Source: Myxococcota bacterium (GTDB lineage Bacteria > Myxococcota_A > UBA9160 > UBA6930). From it: a stretch of DNA of 64,000 nt. Of the stretch, positions 55,109 through 64,000 are shown piece after piece. Each line of letters starts with the position of its first letter. Within the stretch, counting starts at the first letter, position 1. The DNA lies in NCBI GenBank assembly GCA_965223705.1, contig OZ245015.1:544001-608000 (forward strand). The letters are read 5' to 3'. The notes beneath the pieces are model-generated. The model was not told the origin of the DNA, searched no databases, and was given only the letters and a program-made list of their open reading frames with translations. The position numbers were made by a program, and so were the translations under genes.

Positions 55109-55858
55109 CTAGCGTCCAGGCCAACGGGGGTCGCGTCGCTCGAAGAACGCGGCCACACCTTCTTTTCGATCCTCGGATTCTTCCATCACGGCTCGCGCAT
55201 CGGCGGTTGCGCTCCAGCCGAGCTCGTCGCTTTCGGAGATCACGCGATCGATGGCCTTCAGCGATTGCTGGACGGCGACCGGTGAGTTCTCGGTGATCCG
55301 TTCCGCGAAAGCGATGGCCTCTTCGAGGGCCGTGCCCGCGGGCACGATTCGATTGACGACGCCGAGGCGTTCCATGCGATCGGCGCCGACCGGCTCGCCG
55401 GTAAAGATCATTTCCTTCGCGACGTTGACCGGTAGATGTCGCGGCGCTCGGAAGATTCCGCCGCTCGTCGGCAACAGGCCGCGCTTCACTTCGGGAAGCC
55501 CGAAGCGCGCGTTGTCCGCGGCCACGATGACGTCGCAGGCCAGGGCGGTTTCAAAACCGCCACCGAACGCGAGACCTTCCACGGCCGCCACCAATGGCTT
55601 GATCCGCTGGCGCCGGATGATTCCGTACTCGCCACCCCGAGGCGTCGGCGGCCCCGAGGTCTTTTTCATGTCGGTTCCCGCGCAGAAGTAGCGAGTTCCC
55701 CCGGTGAGCACGCCGACCCAGAGCTCCGGGTCGTCGTCGAGCTCGTTCAACGCCGCGTCGAGCGCAGCCGTCATTTCTTCGTCGATCGCGTTGCGTTTGT
55801 CTTCGCGCGTCATGGTGATGATGAACACGCGTCCGCGGCGTTCGGTTGTTGCTCTCAT
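55109..55858 (-). CDS. Enoyl-CoA hydratase/crotonase family
   Basis: KRNAI, FCAGTDMK, KPLVAAVEGLAFGGGFE, FGLPEVKRG, EGVAAFFERR. Confidence 0.92.
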   Translation of the reverse strand: MRATTERRGRVFIITMTREDKRNAIDEEMTAALDAALNELDDDPELWVGVLTGGTRYFCAGTDMKKTSGPPTPRGGEYGIIRRQRIKPLVAAVEGLAFGGGFETALACDVIVAADNARFGLPEVKRGLLPTSGGIFRAPRHLPVNVAKEMIFTGEPVGADRMERLGVVNRIVPAGTALEEAIAFAERITENSPVAVQQSLKAIDRVISESDELGWSATADARAVMEESEDRKEGVAAFFERRDPRWPGR

Positions 55859-56322
55859 CCTGTGTCGTCCTTTTCGAGATCGCCGAGGAGTTTCGGAAGC
55901 CACGGCGCGAGATGCAGGGAACGGAGTTCATCAAGCGCGACGTAGCGCAGAGAGTGAAATTCTTCCCGGTCGGGACGAAGCTCTCCCGACCGCACCGTTC
56001 CCTGATAGACCGCGATCATATAGGAAGTGCGGTCGCCGTTCGGGTACACGACCGTGCAATCCGGCCCGCCGTAGACGCCGACGATCCTGTCGATCGAAAC
56101 GGTGAGCCCCGTTTCTTCGCGGACTTCCCGGATCGCCGCCGCTTCCGGTTCCTCCTCCGGCTCGACGGCGCCACCCGGGACGACGTGCACGTCTCCCGAG
56201 GCGTGGCGGCCGACGAGGAGTCGGCCGCGCTCGTCGAACAGCGCGACACCGACCGCCGGGACCCCGAGCAGCTGATTCCCGACCTTCTCTCGGAGCCCCT
56301 TCATGTAGGGCGACATCCCCAT
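55855..56322 (-). CDS. NUDIX hydrolase
   Basis: PGGAVEPEEEPEAAAIREVREETGL Nudix box; YPNGD. Confidence 0.92.
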   Translation of the reverse strand: MGMSPYMKGLREKVGNQLLGVPAVGVALFDERGRLLVGRHASGDVHVVPGGAVEPEEEPEAAAIREVREETGLTVSIDRIVGVYGGPDCTVVYPNGDRTSYMIAVYQGTVRSGELRPDREEFHSLRYVALDELRSLHLAPWLPKLLGDLEKDDTG

Positions 56323-56326
56323 GGAA

Positions 56327-57247
56327 CTACGGTTCCGGATCGACGAGGTGACCCTTGGCGTCGCGAATCTCCGGGCCGTTAACGCGCGCGCGACCGTCGC
56401 CGAATTGCGCATCCCGCCTCCGCAGGGTTTCGCGCAGACCGTGCTCTTTCACGGAAGCGAGAAAGCCCCGCGCAGCGCGCGTGTTGTGTCCGCGCACGTC
56501 GTTTTCCGCGGCGAGCCGCTGGAGCGTGCGCGCGCCCATCAGCTCGAGCCCGAGATTGATGATCCGCTTGTTCGCGGCCAGGAGATCCGGATCGATCGCG
56601 TGGAGGCGATCCGCAAGCTGCTCGACTTCTCGCTCGAGGTATTCAGGTGGCACCGCCTTCATGGCGAGGCCCAACTCCTGCGCTTCGCGCCCAGTGATCG
56701 AGTCGCCGGTCAACAGCAGACGTTTCGCCCACTGCGGGCCTACGTGGTAGATCCAAAAGTTCGAGGGCAGCGCGCCCAGATCACGCGCTGGCGGGAAACC
56801 GAAGGTCGCGTCGTCCGCGGCGATTACGAGATCGCAGAGGAGCGCGATATCGGTGCCGCCGGCGAGACAGTAGCCGTGGACCTGGGCGATGCTCGGCTTG
56901 TGCATATCGAAGAGCGCCATGCGCATCCGCTGCGCGCGTTCGAGCCGCCACGCGTCGTCATCGAAACTCGAGAACTCATGCCCGCGGTAGCGATGCTCGT
57001 CGGATTCGACCCGCGAAACCGGTACGTGCGCGCCGCCACCCGCCAGGTCATAGCCGGCGGAGAAGGCCCGGCCCGCGCCACGCAAGATCACGCAGTGGAC
57101 GTCGCGTCGGTTGTCCGCCTCCCACAGGGCTTCTTCGAGCTCCTTCTGCATCTCGAGAGAGATCGCGTTCAACTTGTCCGGCCGGTTCAGCGTAATCCGC
57201 GCGCGGCCCTCGTCTACTTCGTACGTAATGCTCGAAAAAGCGCTCAT
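56327..57247 (-). CDS. Crotonase/enoyl-CoA hydratase family
   Basis: LNRPDKLNAI, AFSAGYDL, KPSIAQVHGYCLAGG. Confidence 0.9.
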   Translation of the reverse strand: MSAFSSITYEVDEGRARITLNRPDKLNAISLEMQKELEEALWEADNRRDVHCVILRGAGRAFSAGYDLAGGGAHVPVSRVESDEHRYRGHEFSSFDDDAWRLERAQRMRMALFDMHKPSIAQVHGYCLAGGTDIALLCDLVIAADDATFGFPPARDLGALPSNFWIYHVGPQWAKRLLLTGDSITGREAQELGLAMKAVPPEYLEREVEQLADRLHAIDPDLLAANKRIINLGLELMGARTLQRLAAENDVRGHNTRAARGFLASVKEHGLRETLRRRDAQFGDGRARVNGPEIRDAKGHLVDPEP

Positions 57248-57312
57248 CGAAACTCCTGACTCACCGGGTCGCGGCTACTCTATCACCGCAACCCCACGGA
57301 GCTTAAGCACAC

Positions 57313-58170
57313 ATGAAGCGGTTAGAGGGAAAGACGGCGGTGATCACGGGAGCGGCGAGCGGGATCGGAGCGGCGACGGCCGAACGCTTCGTCGCCGAGG
57401 GCGCGCGCGTCGTGATCGCCGATATCCAAGACGACATCGGTGAGGCGGTCGCTGCGGGGCTCGGCGACCACGCGGTCTATCGGCACTGTGACGTGATCGA
57501 AGAAGCCGATGTCCGCGGTGCGATCGAGGAGGCCACCCGCCGCTGGGGACGGCTCGACGTGCTGTTCAACAACGCGGGGTTCGCGGGCGTTGCCGGTCCG
57601 ATCGAGGAAGTGACGACCGAGAGCTACGACAACACGATGAACGTGCTCCTTCGCAGCGTCTTCTACGGAATGAAGCACGCCGCGCCGATCATGAAAGAGC
57701 AGCGCTCGGGAAGCATCATCAGCACCGCGAGCGTGTGCGGCATTCAGGCCGGGATCGGTCCGCATCTCTACACGGCGGCCAAGGCCGGTGTCGTGTCGCT
57801 GACGGAATCCGCGGCCCTCGAGTTCGCGGAATGGAACGTTCGCGTGAACGCCATTTGTCCCGGCTACATCGCGACTCAGCTCGCCGCGGGTCGCTCACTT
57901 TCCGACGTGTCGGCGGAAGAGGCCGCGCGTCGCCTCGATCTCACCCGCGACATCGTGAAGGATTCGCAGCCCATCGCGCGCATGGGTGAGCCCGAGGACA
58001 TCGCGGCAATCGCCCTGTTTCTCGCGAGCGACGAATCCGTTTGGATGACGGGGACCGCCCAAGTGATGGACGGCGGACTCATGGCGGGAAAGCCCTGGCG
58101 AAAACAGCCCAGCGCGCTGACCGAGAACCGTCCCATCCGCATGTACGACCCGGCTGAGCGCAAGCGCTAA
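57313..58170 (+). CDS. SDR family oxidoreductase
   Basis: TGAASGIG, FNNAG, YTAAK, VNAICPG. Confidence 0.92.
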   Translation: MKRLEGKTAVITGAASGIGAATAERFVAEGARVVIADIQDDIGEAVAAGLGDHAVYRHCDVIEEADVRGAIEEATRRWGRLDVLFNNAGFAGVAGPIEEVTTESYDNTMNVLLRSVFYGMKHAAPIMKEQRSGSIISTASVCGIQAGIGPHLYTAAKAGVVSLTESAALEFAEWNVRVNAICPGYIATQLAAGRSLSDVSAEEAARRLDLTRDIVKDSQPIARMGEPEDIAAIALFLASDESVWMTGTAQVMDGGLMAGKPWRKQPSALTENRPIRMYDPAERKR

Positions 58171-58266
58171 CGGCGAAGCGGCTGAGCGCAAGCGCTAGCG
58201 GCGAAGCCGACCCGGCTGAGCGCAAGCGCTAGCGGCGAAGCCGACCCGGCTGAGCGCAAGCGCTAG
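58147..58266. repeat. Tandem repeat, 4 copies of a 28-34 bp unit with an internal palindrome
   Basis: Core CGGCTGAGCGCAAGCGCTA at 58151, 58179, 58213 and 58247. Confidence 0.9.
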
Positions 58267-58328
58267 TTCTGAAGCGTTGACGGTCACTCGGATAGTTTTC
58301 ACACTCCCCCACGGTCTTTGGGGGGATC

Positions 58329-58625
58329 ATGAAACGCTTCTTCGCCGCTCTTCTCGTGTGCGCGTTCGCCGTGAGCGCGACCGGGTGCGTCTACACCAAC
58401 ATCACCGCGCCGCTCGACACGGATCTCGACGCGACGGAACTCGGGAGCAAGGTCGGACGCTCGGAAGCACAGAGCGTTCTCGGTCTCGTCGCGTGGGGCG
58501 ACGCCGGAACCCAGGCCGCGGCGAACGAAGGCGGCATCACCACATTGCGCCACGCCGACCGTGAGGTGTTTTCGATCCTCGGCGTCGTCTACGTCCGCAG
58601 CCGGACGGTGGTCTACGGCGACTAG
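58329..58625 (+). CDS. TRL-like small lipoprotein
   Basis: Lipobox ATGC; KVGRSEAQSVLGLVAWGDAG..AANEGGIT..SILGVVY..TVVYGD. Confidence 0.8.
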   Translation: MKRFFAALLVCAFAVSATGCVYTNITAPLDTDLDATELGSKVGRSEAQSVLGLVAWGDAGTQAAANEGGITTLRHADREVFSILGVVYVRSRTVVYGD

Positions 58626-58627
58626 TC

Positions 58628-58951
58628 GTGCGATCCGCTGTTCGACTCGCTCTCGCGTCCGCAACGCTCGTCGTGTCGGTGGGCTGTGTGAACGGTGCAA
58701 TCCTCACGCGAACCGTGCGCCCGCTCGACGTCAACCTTCGCGAAACACCGGTCTTCGACCGCACGGCGAGTAGCGGAGCGAACACGGTGCAGTACTACGT
58801 GCGCATCGACTGGGGCAGCTTCGGAACGGGCGACGTGGCGAAGCGCTACGGCTTCTCCGAAATCCATTACGCGGATCTCGAGACGCTCTCCGTTCTGGGG
58901 TTCTTCACGCGCCGCACGGTCCACGTGTACGGCGAACACGCGAAACCGTAA
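58628..58951 (+). CDS. TRL-like small lipoprotein (second family member)
   Basis: Lipobox SVGC; AKRYGFSEIHYAD..SVLGFF..TVHVYGE. Confidence 0.75.
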   Translation: MRSAVRLALASATLVVSVGCVNGAILTRTVRPLDVNLRETPVFDRTASSGANTVQYYVRIDWGSFGTGDVAKRYGFSEIHYADLETLSVLGFFTRRTVHVYGEHAKP

Positions 58952-59134
58952 CCACAGCGTTCTGCCAGGCCTCGAAACCGTCACCAGACGCGCAGGCCGC
59001 GGTTGTTTTTCTCCGACAATCCCCCTCAACTAGTCACGAAACCTCCCGCCTGGTGTGACCCCTTCGGCGTTTGGCGTTCCTAGGCTCCTATGGGATTTGG
59101 GAGCCGTGTGGGAGCGGCTTTGGGGGAACGGCTT

Positions 59135-59902
59135 ATGAGAAGTGTATTTTCGATTCGCGCCGTGGCAGCGGGCGCTCTCGCGGTGTTGCTTGCCACGTCG
59201 GCGAATGCCGCGACTTTTTCGCCCTCGGTCTGGTTGGAGATCCAAAGCAACGAGGGCAGCTCGAACGTGAGCTTCAATCAGTTCGGCAGCATGAGCGGGA
59301 CGGAGACCGAGGTCGCCACCTGGACGATGGTGGGGCCGTGGACCGATGGGAACGGGGTTTGGGTCAACTCTTGGGAGACCGATCTCAAGGTCGATCCTTT
59401 CGTGACGAATAGCCTCGACGTGACGAACAGCTCCGCTGTAGCGCAGACCTTCGTCGCGACCATCTTGCTACCGATTCCGGCGTTCAGCTACGACGAGATT
59501 GTCGGCTCGAGTCTCGGTGCCACGGTGACCGACAGTGACGGCAACAACGTGCTGAGTTTCTCGGACAATGCTGTCGTTACGATGTATCAGGGGTTGATCA
59601 ACGGTGTGTCCCTTCTCGATCTGAATACGCCCGCCAACCCGATTACGACGGCCGACTGTCCGGTTGCATTCGGAGGGTGCACGGCCGTTTCCGCGACGGG
59701 TGTGGCTTCCCTGGCGGTCGCTCCCGGAATCGCAAACGAGATCGGTATCACGCTCACATTTACGCTCAGCCCCGGAGACTCGGCGGCGGTGACGAGCCGT
59801 TTCGAGATCGTGCCCGAGCCCGGCACGGTGGCGCTCCTGACCATGGGCTTGGTCGGCCTCGGCTATTCGGGCCGAGTTCGACGCATCCGAGGCGCCGCAT
59901 AG
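59135..59902 (+). CDS. PEP-CTERM sorting-domain surface protein
   Basis: Signal peptide ..SANA|ATF; S/T-rich body; VPEPGTVALLTMGLVGLGYSGRVRR. Confidence 0.92.
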   Translation: MRSVFSIRAVAAGALAVLLATSANAATFSPSVWLEIQSNEGSSNVSFNQFGSMSGTETEVATWTMVGPWTDGNGVWVNSWETDLKVDPFVTNSLDVTNSSAVAQTFVATILLPIPAFSYDEIVGSSLGATVTDSDGNNVLSFSDNAVVTMYQGLINGVSLLDLNTPANPITTADCPVAFGGCTAVSATGVASLAVAPGIANEIGITLTFTLSPGDSAAVTSRFEIVPEPGTVALLTMGLVGLGYSGRVRRIRGAA

Positions 59903-60061
59903 GACCGCTCCGTGGGGGACCCTGCCCCTCGGGTCCCGCACGCCACACCCTCGCCGAACGGTTCGCCGTTCTGAATGGGTTACCCTCACGGGCTGCCAGC
60001 ACTTTGGCTGGCCGGCACCGGGAGCCAGGGCTTCCGGCCGACCTGTGAGGCGACCGATCCG

Positions 60062-60310
60062 ATGAGCAACTTCGTTTTCAACCGACCGACGGAACTCTTC
60101 CCGGTTCAGGAGCGCGAACCCGTAGCGGGTGCCTGCTCCGAGTGCGGGGAAGAGCACTTGCAGCGCTACCCCGTCTTGTCCGAAGGCGGTTGGTTCATGG
60201 TGGTAAAGTGCCAAACGTGTCTCCATTCCGAGAGCCGCGAACGTTGGCACCGGTTGGGGCACGTGCAGCTCGCTACAGACGCGCTCGCCCGCTCGGGTTC
60301 GGAGGGCTAG
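60062..60310 (+). CDS. Small CxxC..CxxC protein preceding the hydantoinase genes
   Basis: CSECG..YPVLSEGGWFMVVKCQTC; stops 4 nt before the hydantoinase A start. Confidence 0.7.
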   Translation: MSNFVFNRPTELFPVQEREPVAGACSECGEEHLQRYPVLSEGGWFMVVKCQTCLHSESRERWHRLGHVQLATDALARSGSEG

Positions 60311-60314
60311 CGCG

Positions 60315-62336
60315 ATGATGGCAGTCGATGTCGGGGGCACGTTTACCGACGTGGTGTCCGTCGAAGACGGACAGATCCGGACGGCAAAGGTTTCGACGGA
60401 CGGTGAGCAAGTCGATCGTGGCGTGATCGAAGGAGCGCAGGAGCTCTCCGTCGAGGCCGCGACGGTGTTCAACCACGCGAGCACCCATGGGTTGAACGCG
60501 ATCATCACGAGGTCGCTCCCCAAGATCGGCTTTCTCACGACGGAAGGTCATCGGGACATTCCGGATATGGGGCGTTGCTGGCGCCCCGCTTCGGCGGTGA
60601 CCGACCCGACCTGGCGGCGCTCGTTCGGCGACGCGATGAAGCCGCTTGTCGAGCGCTATCTGCGCCGGGGCATCGTCGAGCGGATGATGGCCTCGGGCGA
60701 GGTGTTCACGCCCCTCGATGAAGATCAAGCGCGAGAACAGATCCGGGTGCTCGGGCGCTGCGACGTTGCGGGCGTCGCGATCTGCTTGATCAACGCGTAC
60801 ACGAATGACGCTCACGAGAAGCGGTTGCGTGAGCTCGTGCGCGAAGAGCTCGGCGACGTTCCCTGCTCGGTGTCGAGCGAGATTTCGCCGCTCGCGAAGG
60901 AATACGCACGCGCGTCGACGACCTTAGTCGACGTGTTCATGAAGATCATCTACCAGGAGTACACCGAGCGCCTCGACGCCGGCTTGCGGAAGGCGGGCTT
61001 TTCCGGCGAGCTCAACTTCGCCGACTGCACAGCGAACCTCGTCCCGGCGCGCGACGCGATGTCGAACCCGTTCCAGGTGGTCTTCTCGGGCCCGGCGGCG
61101 GGCACCGTGGGTTGCGCACACTTCGGCAAACTGATCGACGCGTCGAATCTCCTCTGCGCCGATGTCGGCGGCACGTCGTGCGACATCAGCCTGGTCACCG
61201 ACGGCCAACCGTTCGTGAACACGACCTTCGAGCTCGAGCACGACCTCATCGTCAATGCGCTCTCGAACGACATTTCGAGCATCGGTGCCGGCGGCGGTAG
61301 CATCGTCGCGATCTCCGCGACGGGCGACGTCACCGTCGGCCCCGAGAGCGCCGGAGCCGCGCCCGGGCCCGCGTGCTACGGGCGGGGCGGCACGCAACCG
61401 ACGATGACGGATCTTTGCGTGCTCGCGGGTCTGCTCGATCCCGGCGCCTTTGCCGGCGGCAAGATGTCGCTCGACGCCGATCTAGCACGCCAGGCGTTCG
61501 AAAATCTCGACACGCCGTTGCCCTTCGAACAGCGGGTCCGTTACGCGTACGACATCGGCTTGAACAACATCGCCGAAGGCATCTTCAATATCGCGATCAA
61601 GCACGGCATCGATCCGCGCGACTACACCTTGGTCGCCTACGGAGCCGCGGGGCCGCTGCTGCTCCCGGCGATCGCCGATCTCATCCGTGTGAGTCGTGTC
61701 GTCGTCCCGCCGCACCCCGGGTTGTTCTCGGCGTTGGGTCTGCTCTCCGCCGATCAGGCGTACTCGTTGAGCCGAAGCGCTTACACCGTGCTCACGCCGG
61801 ATTCCGCCGATCAAATCGGCCGGGTCTTCGAGCAAATGGAAAAGCAGTTGCGAGAACGGCTCGGCGGGGGCGACTACGAACTCGTGCGGTCGTTCGATGG
61901 GCAGTTGATGGGTCAGACCTGGGACACACCGTTCGTCGCTGTCCCCAGCGGGCGGCTCGACGCCGACACCATCGGCGGCATGATCAAGAACTTCCACGAC
62001 GCGTACGAAGCGCACCACGGCAACCGCTTCGAGGCGATCCCGGTGCAGGGCGTGACCTATCGCGTTCGCGCCGTCGTCCCGACCGAGAAGGTGCAGTACG
62101 CCGAGCTGCCGGAGCGCGGGAGCGAGCCCCTCCGCAGCATCGGAACGAGCGTGTTGCGGTACCTCACCGACGGGGAGCAGCTCGCACAGGTCTACGACCG
62201 CGAATCGCTGCGGGCCGGCGACGAAGTGCCGGGGCCGGCGATCATCCGCGAGGCGCTCTCGACGACGCACATCACGCAGAATCAAGTCGCTCGAGTAGGA
62301 CGCTTCGGCGAACTCAGCATCGAACAGAGCGCATAG
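60315..62336 (+). CDS. Hydantoinase/oxoprolinase family, ATP-binding subunit A
   Basis: VDVGGTFTD, SGPAAG, DVGGTSCD, SIGAGGGS, GPESAGAAPGPACYGRGG, YGAAGPL. Confidence 0.93.
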   Translation: MMAVDVGGTFTDVVSVEDGQIRTAKVSTDGEQVDRGVIEGAQELSVEAATVFNHASTHGLNAIITRSLPKIGFLTTEGHRDIPDMGRCWRPASAVTDPTWRRSFGDAMKPLVERYLRRGIVERMMASGEVFTPLDEDQAREQIRVLGRCDVAGVAICLINAYTNDAHEKRLRELVREELGDVPCSVSSEISPLAKEYARASTTLVDVFMKIIYQEYTERLDAGLRKAGFSGELNFADCTANLVPARDAMSNPFQVVFSGPAAGTVGCAHFGKLIDASNLLCADVGGTSCDISLVTDGQPFVNTTFELEHDLIVNALSNDISSIGAGGGSIVAISATGDVTVGPESAGAAPGPACYGRGGTQPTMTDLCVLAGLLDPGAFAGGKMSLDADLARQAFENLDTPLPFEQRVRYAYDIGLNNIAEGIFNIAIKHGIDPRDYTLVAYGAAGPLLLPAIADLIRVSRVVVPPHPGLFSALGLLSADQAYSLSRSAYTVLTPDSADQIGRVFEQMEKQLRERLGGGDYELVRSFDGQLMGQTWDTPFVAVPSGRLDADTIGGMIKNFHDAYEAHHGNRFEAIPVQGVTYRVRAVVPTEKVQYAELPERGSEPLRSIGTSVLRYLTDGEQLAQVYDRESLRAGDEVPGPAIIREALSTTHITQNQVARVGRFGELSIEQSA

Positions 62337-62344
62337 GGGATTCC

Positions 62345-64000
62345 ATGAGCCAGCAAATTACGCCCCACCCGGAACACGATCAGAACAGTGACCGCCTGCG
62401 CAACTGGACCGAAGAGCAGTTCGAGCGCGCCTACCACTGCGATCGTTTCACGGCGACCGTGTTGTCGAACCGCCTGCGTTACACCACCGATCACATGGGC
62501 ACCGGGCTCATGGTGGGATCCTTCTCTCCCATCATCAGCGACTGGTACGACTTCGCGATCAGCATCTCCGGGCCGCCGGACATGGATTACGCGATGCCGG
62601 CGGTGAGCAGCAGCCTGCTCGTCTTCCTGGGGACGATGGAAGACGCGTGCCGCAACATCGTCGAGGAATACGGCCCCGAAAACTTGAAGCCCGGCGACGT
62701 GCTGATCTGCAACGATCCCTATCGAAACGGTCGCCACGTAAACGACGTGTGCTTCATTCGCCCCGTATTCCACCGGGACAAGCTCACCGCGTTCGTCAAC
62801 GTCTGCGCCCATCAGCTCGACATGGGCGGGATCGTGCCCGGCGGTTTCAGCGCGTCGAAAGCGAACGTGTTCGAAACCGGCCTCGTCATGGGACCGACGC
62901 TCCTGTTCGAAAACGACGAGATGGTGCGTCGGACGATGAGCCTGGTGTTCGACAACACCCGCTTTGGGGAGCTCCTGCGAGCGGATTTCATGACGATGTT
63001 CGAGCAGCTCCAGCTCGGCGAGCGACTCGTCGGAGAGATCATCGAGCGCTACGGCATCGACGCGTTCCGCGGCACGGTGCGCTACTGCTGCGACGCCTCG
63101 GCGGAGATGATGCGCGATTCGTTCGAAGCCCTGCCCGACGGCGTCTACGAAACCGAGGATTGTCTCGACGCCGACGGCGCGGGAGACGACGAAGAACTCG
63201 TCGTGCGCGCGAAGGTCACGAAAGCGCGCGGCCGCATCGAAGTCGATCTCAGCGGCTCTTCACGGCAAGCACGCACGTGCATCAACGCAGGGCCCCTCGA
63301 CGCGAAGACCGCGATCGGCGCGGTGTTCAAGATTCTCTTCGACCGAAAGTCGCCGTTTACATCCGGCGCCTACCGTCACATCGACGTGGTGGTGCCCCCC
63401 GGAACGGTGTTGTCGGCCATGCCGCCCGACGGCGCCATCATGCTCTATTGGGAAGTCACCCAGACACTGCTCTGCGCCATCCTTCGCGAGCTCGGCCGCG
63501 CGATGGGCGACGTGTCTGTCGGCGGGGACTACGGTGCGATGAGCGTCCACAACGCGCACGGCCTTCGGCCCGACGGAACGCCGTGGTCGAACGTCGTCAT
63601 CTGTGGAGGCGAGCACGGACCCTGGGGCGCCGACAAGGATCACGACGGCGACAGCTACACCCTGACTTACATGGTGAATGCGATCGACCCGCCGACGGAA
63701 ACGATGGAGCAGGATTCTCCGGTGCTGATGATGCGCAAGGAGTACGCCATCGATACCGGCGGCCCGGGAGAAAACCGCGGCGGCGCGAGCGTCGTCAAGG
63801 ACGCGTTCTGGCAGGAGCCCGGCGAGCACCACACGTCGCCGCTTCGCTACAAGCGGCCGACCGGCTTCGGAACGAACGGCGGTGAGCCGGGGAAGCTCGG
63901 TGCGGCGTGGTTCTTCGACCCGGAGGTCGTTCCCGAGAACGGGCTTCTTCCGCGCGATCCGGCCGTCTACAAAGGCTCGACGCCGCTCGCGGGAATGCTC
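62345..64000 (+). CDS. Hydantoinase B/oxoprolinase family; 3' end runs off the window
   Basis: Not in the ORF track. ATG 62345 with GGGGA SD; FSPIISDWYDF, LKPGDVLICNDPYRNGRHVND, HQLDMGGIVPGG, DTGGPGENRGG. Confidence 0.92.
   Translation, partial: MSQQITPHPEHDQNSDRLRNWTEEQFERAYHCDRFTATVLSNRLRYTTDHMGTGLMVGSFSPIISDWYDFAISISGPPDMDYAMPAVSSSLLVFLGTMEDACRNIVEEYGPENLKPGDVLICNDPYRNGRHVNDVCFIRPVFHRDKLTAFVNVCAHQLDMGGIVPGGFSASKANVFETGLVMGPTLLFENDEMVRRTMSLVFDNTRFGELLRADFMTMFEQLQLGERLVGEIIERYGIDAFRGTVRYCCDASAEMMRDSFEALPDGVYETEDCLDADGAGDDEELVVRAKVTKARGRIEVDLSGSSRQARTCINAGPLDAKTAIGAVFKILFDRKSPFTSGAYRHIDVVVPPGTVLSAMPPDGAIMLYWEVTQTLLCAILRELGRAMGDVSVGGDYGAMSVHNAHGLRPDGTPWSNVVICGGEHGPWGADKDHDGDSYTLTYMVNAIDPPTETMEQDSPVLMMRKEYAIDTGGPGENRGGASVVKDAFWQEPGEHHTSPLRYKRPTGFGTNGGEPGKLGAAWFFDPEVVPENGLLPRDPAVYKGSTPLAGML

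Noticed and set aside
58147..58266. Mini-CRISPR
   Set aside because: Inter-repeat sequences are near-identical and too short to be spacers

Overview
A GC-rich bacterial window. PEP-CTERM, OmpA, CsgG-type and autotransporter genes indicate a diderm; Myxococcota/Deltaproteobacteria-like is a guess only. No rRNA, tRNA, CRISPR array, transposase or integrase was seen. Left part: a truncated trehalose-6-P synthase/phosphatase fusion, pqqB-pqqCD-pqqE with no adjacent pqqA, ileS, mutM, an NFACT/RqcH protein, a pseudo-receiver-PilZ protein, a NeuA/NeuB nonulosonate glycosylation cluster, a PP2C/Ser-Thr kinase pair, and assorted hydrolases and oxidoreductases. Right end: CoA-metabolism genes, two TRL-like lipoproteins, a PEP-CTERM protein and hydantoinase A/B. 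The main discovery is a ~15 kb island at about 37.7-52.9 kb. It holds five tandem paralogous ~110-aa secreted proteins, each built from two 37-aa beta-rich repeats and a C-x11-C pair, and each with its own promoter and downstream hairpin. They lie upstream of a CsgG/HfaB-family lipoprotein (fused to PG-binding and DUF4384 domains), an OmpA protein, two exported caspase-like (C14) proteases and a short-passenger autotransporter. A divergent ECF sigma factor with apparently duplicated sigma2/sigma4 domains and a zinc anti-sigma factor sit beside them. Ten copies of an ECF-type promoter motif, TGATCY-N16-CGACY, were found across the island. The inference is a curli/Fap-analogous but non-curlin surface fibre (type VIII secretion-like) system with its own ECF regulon. 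All product calls come from motif recognition by eye; no database search was run.
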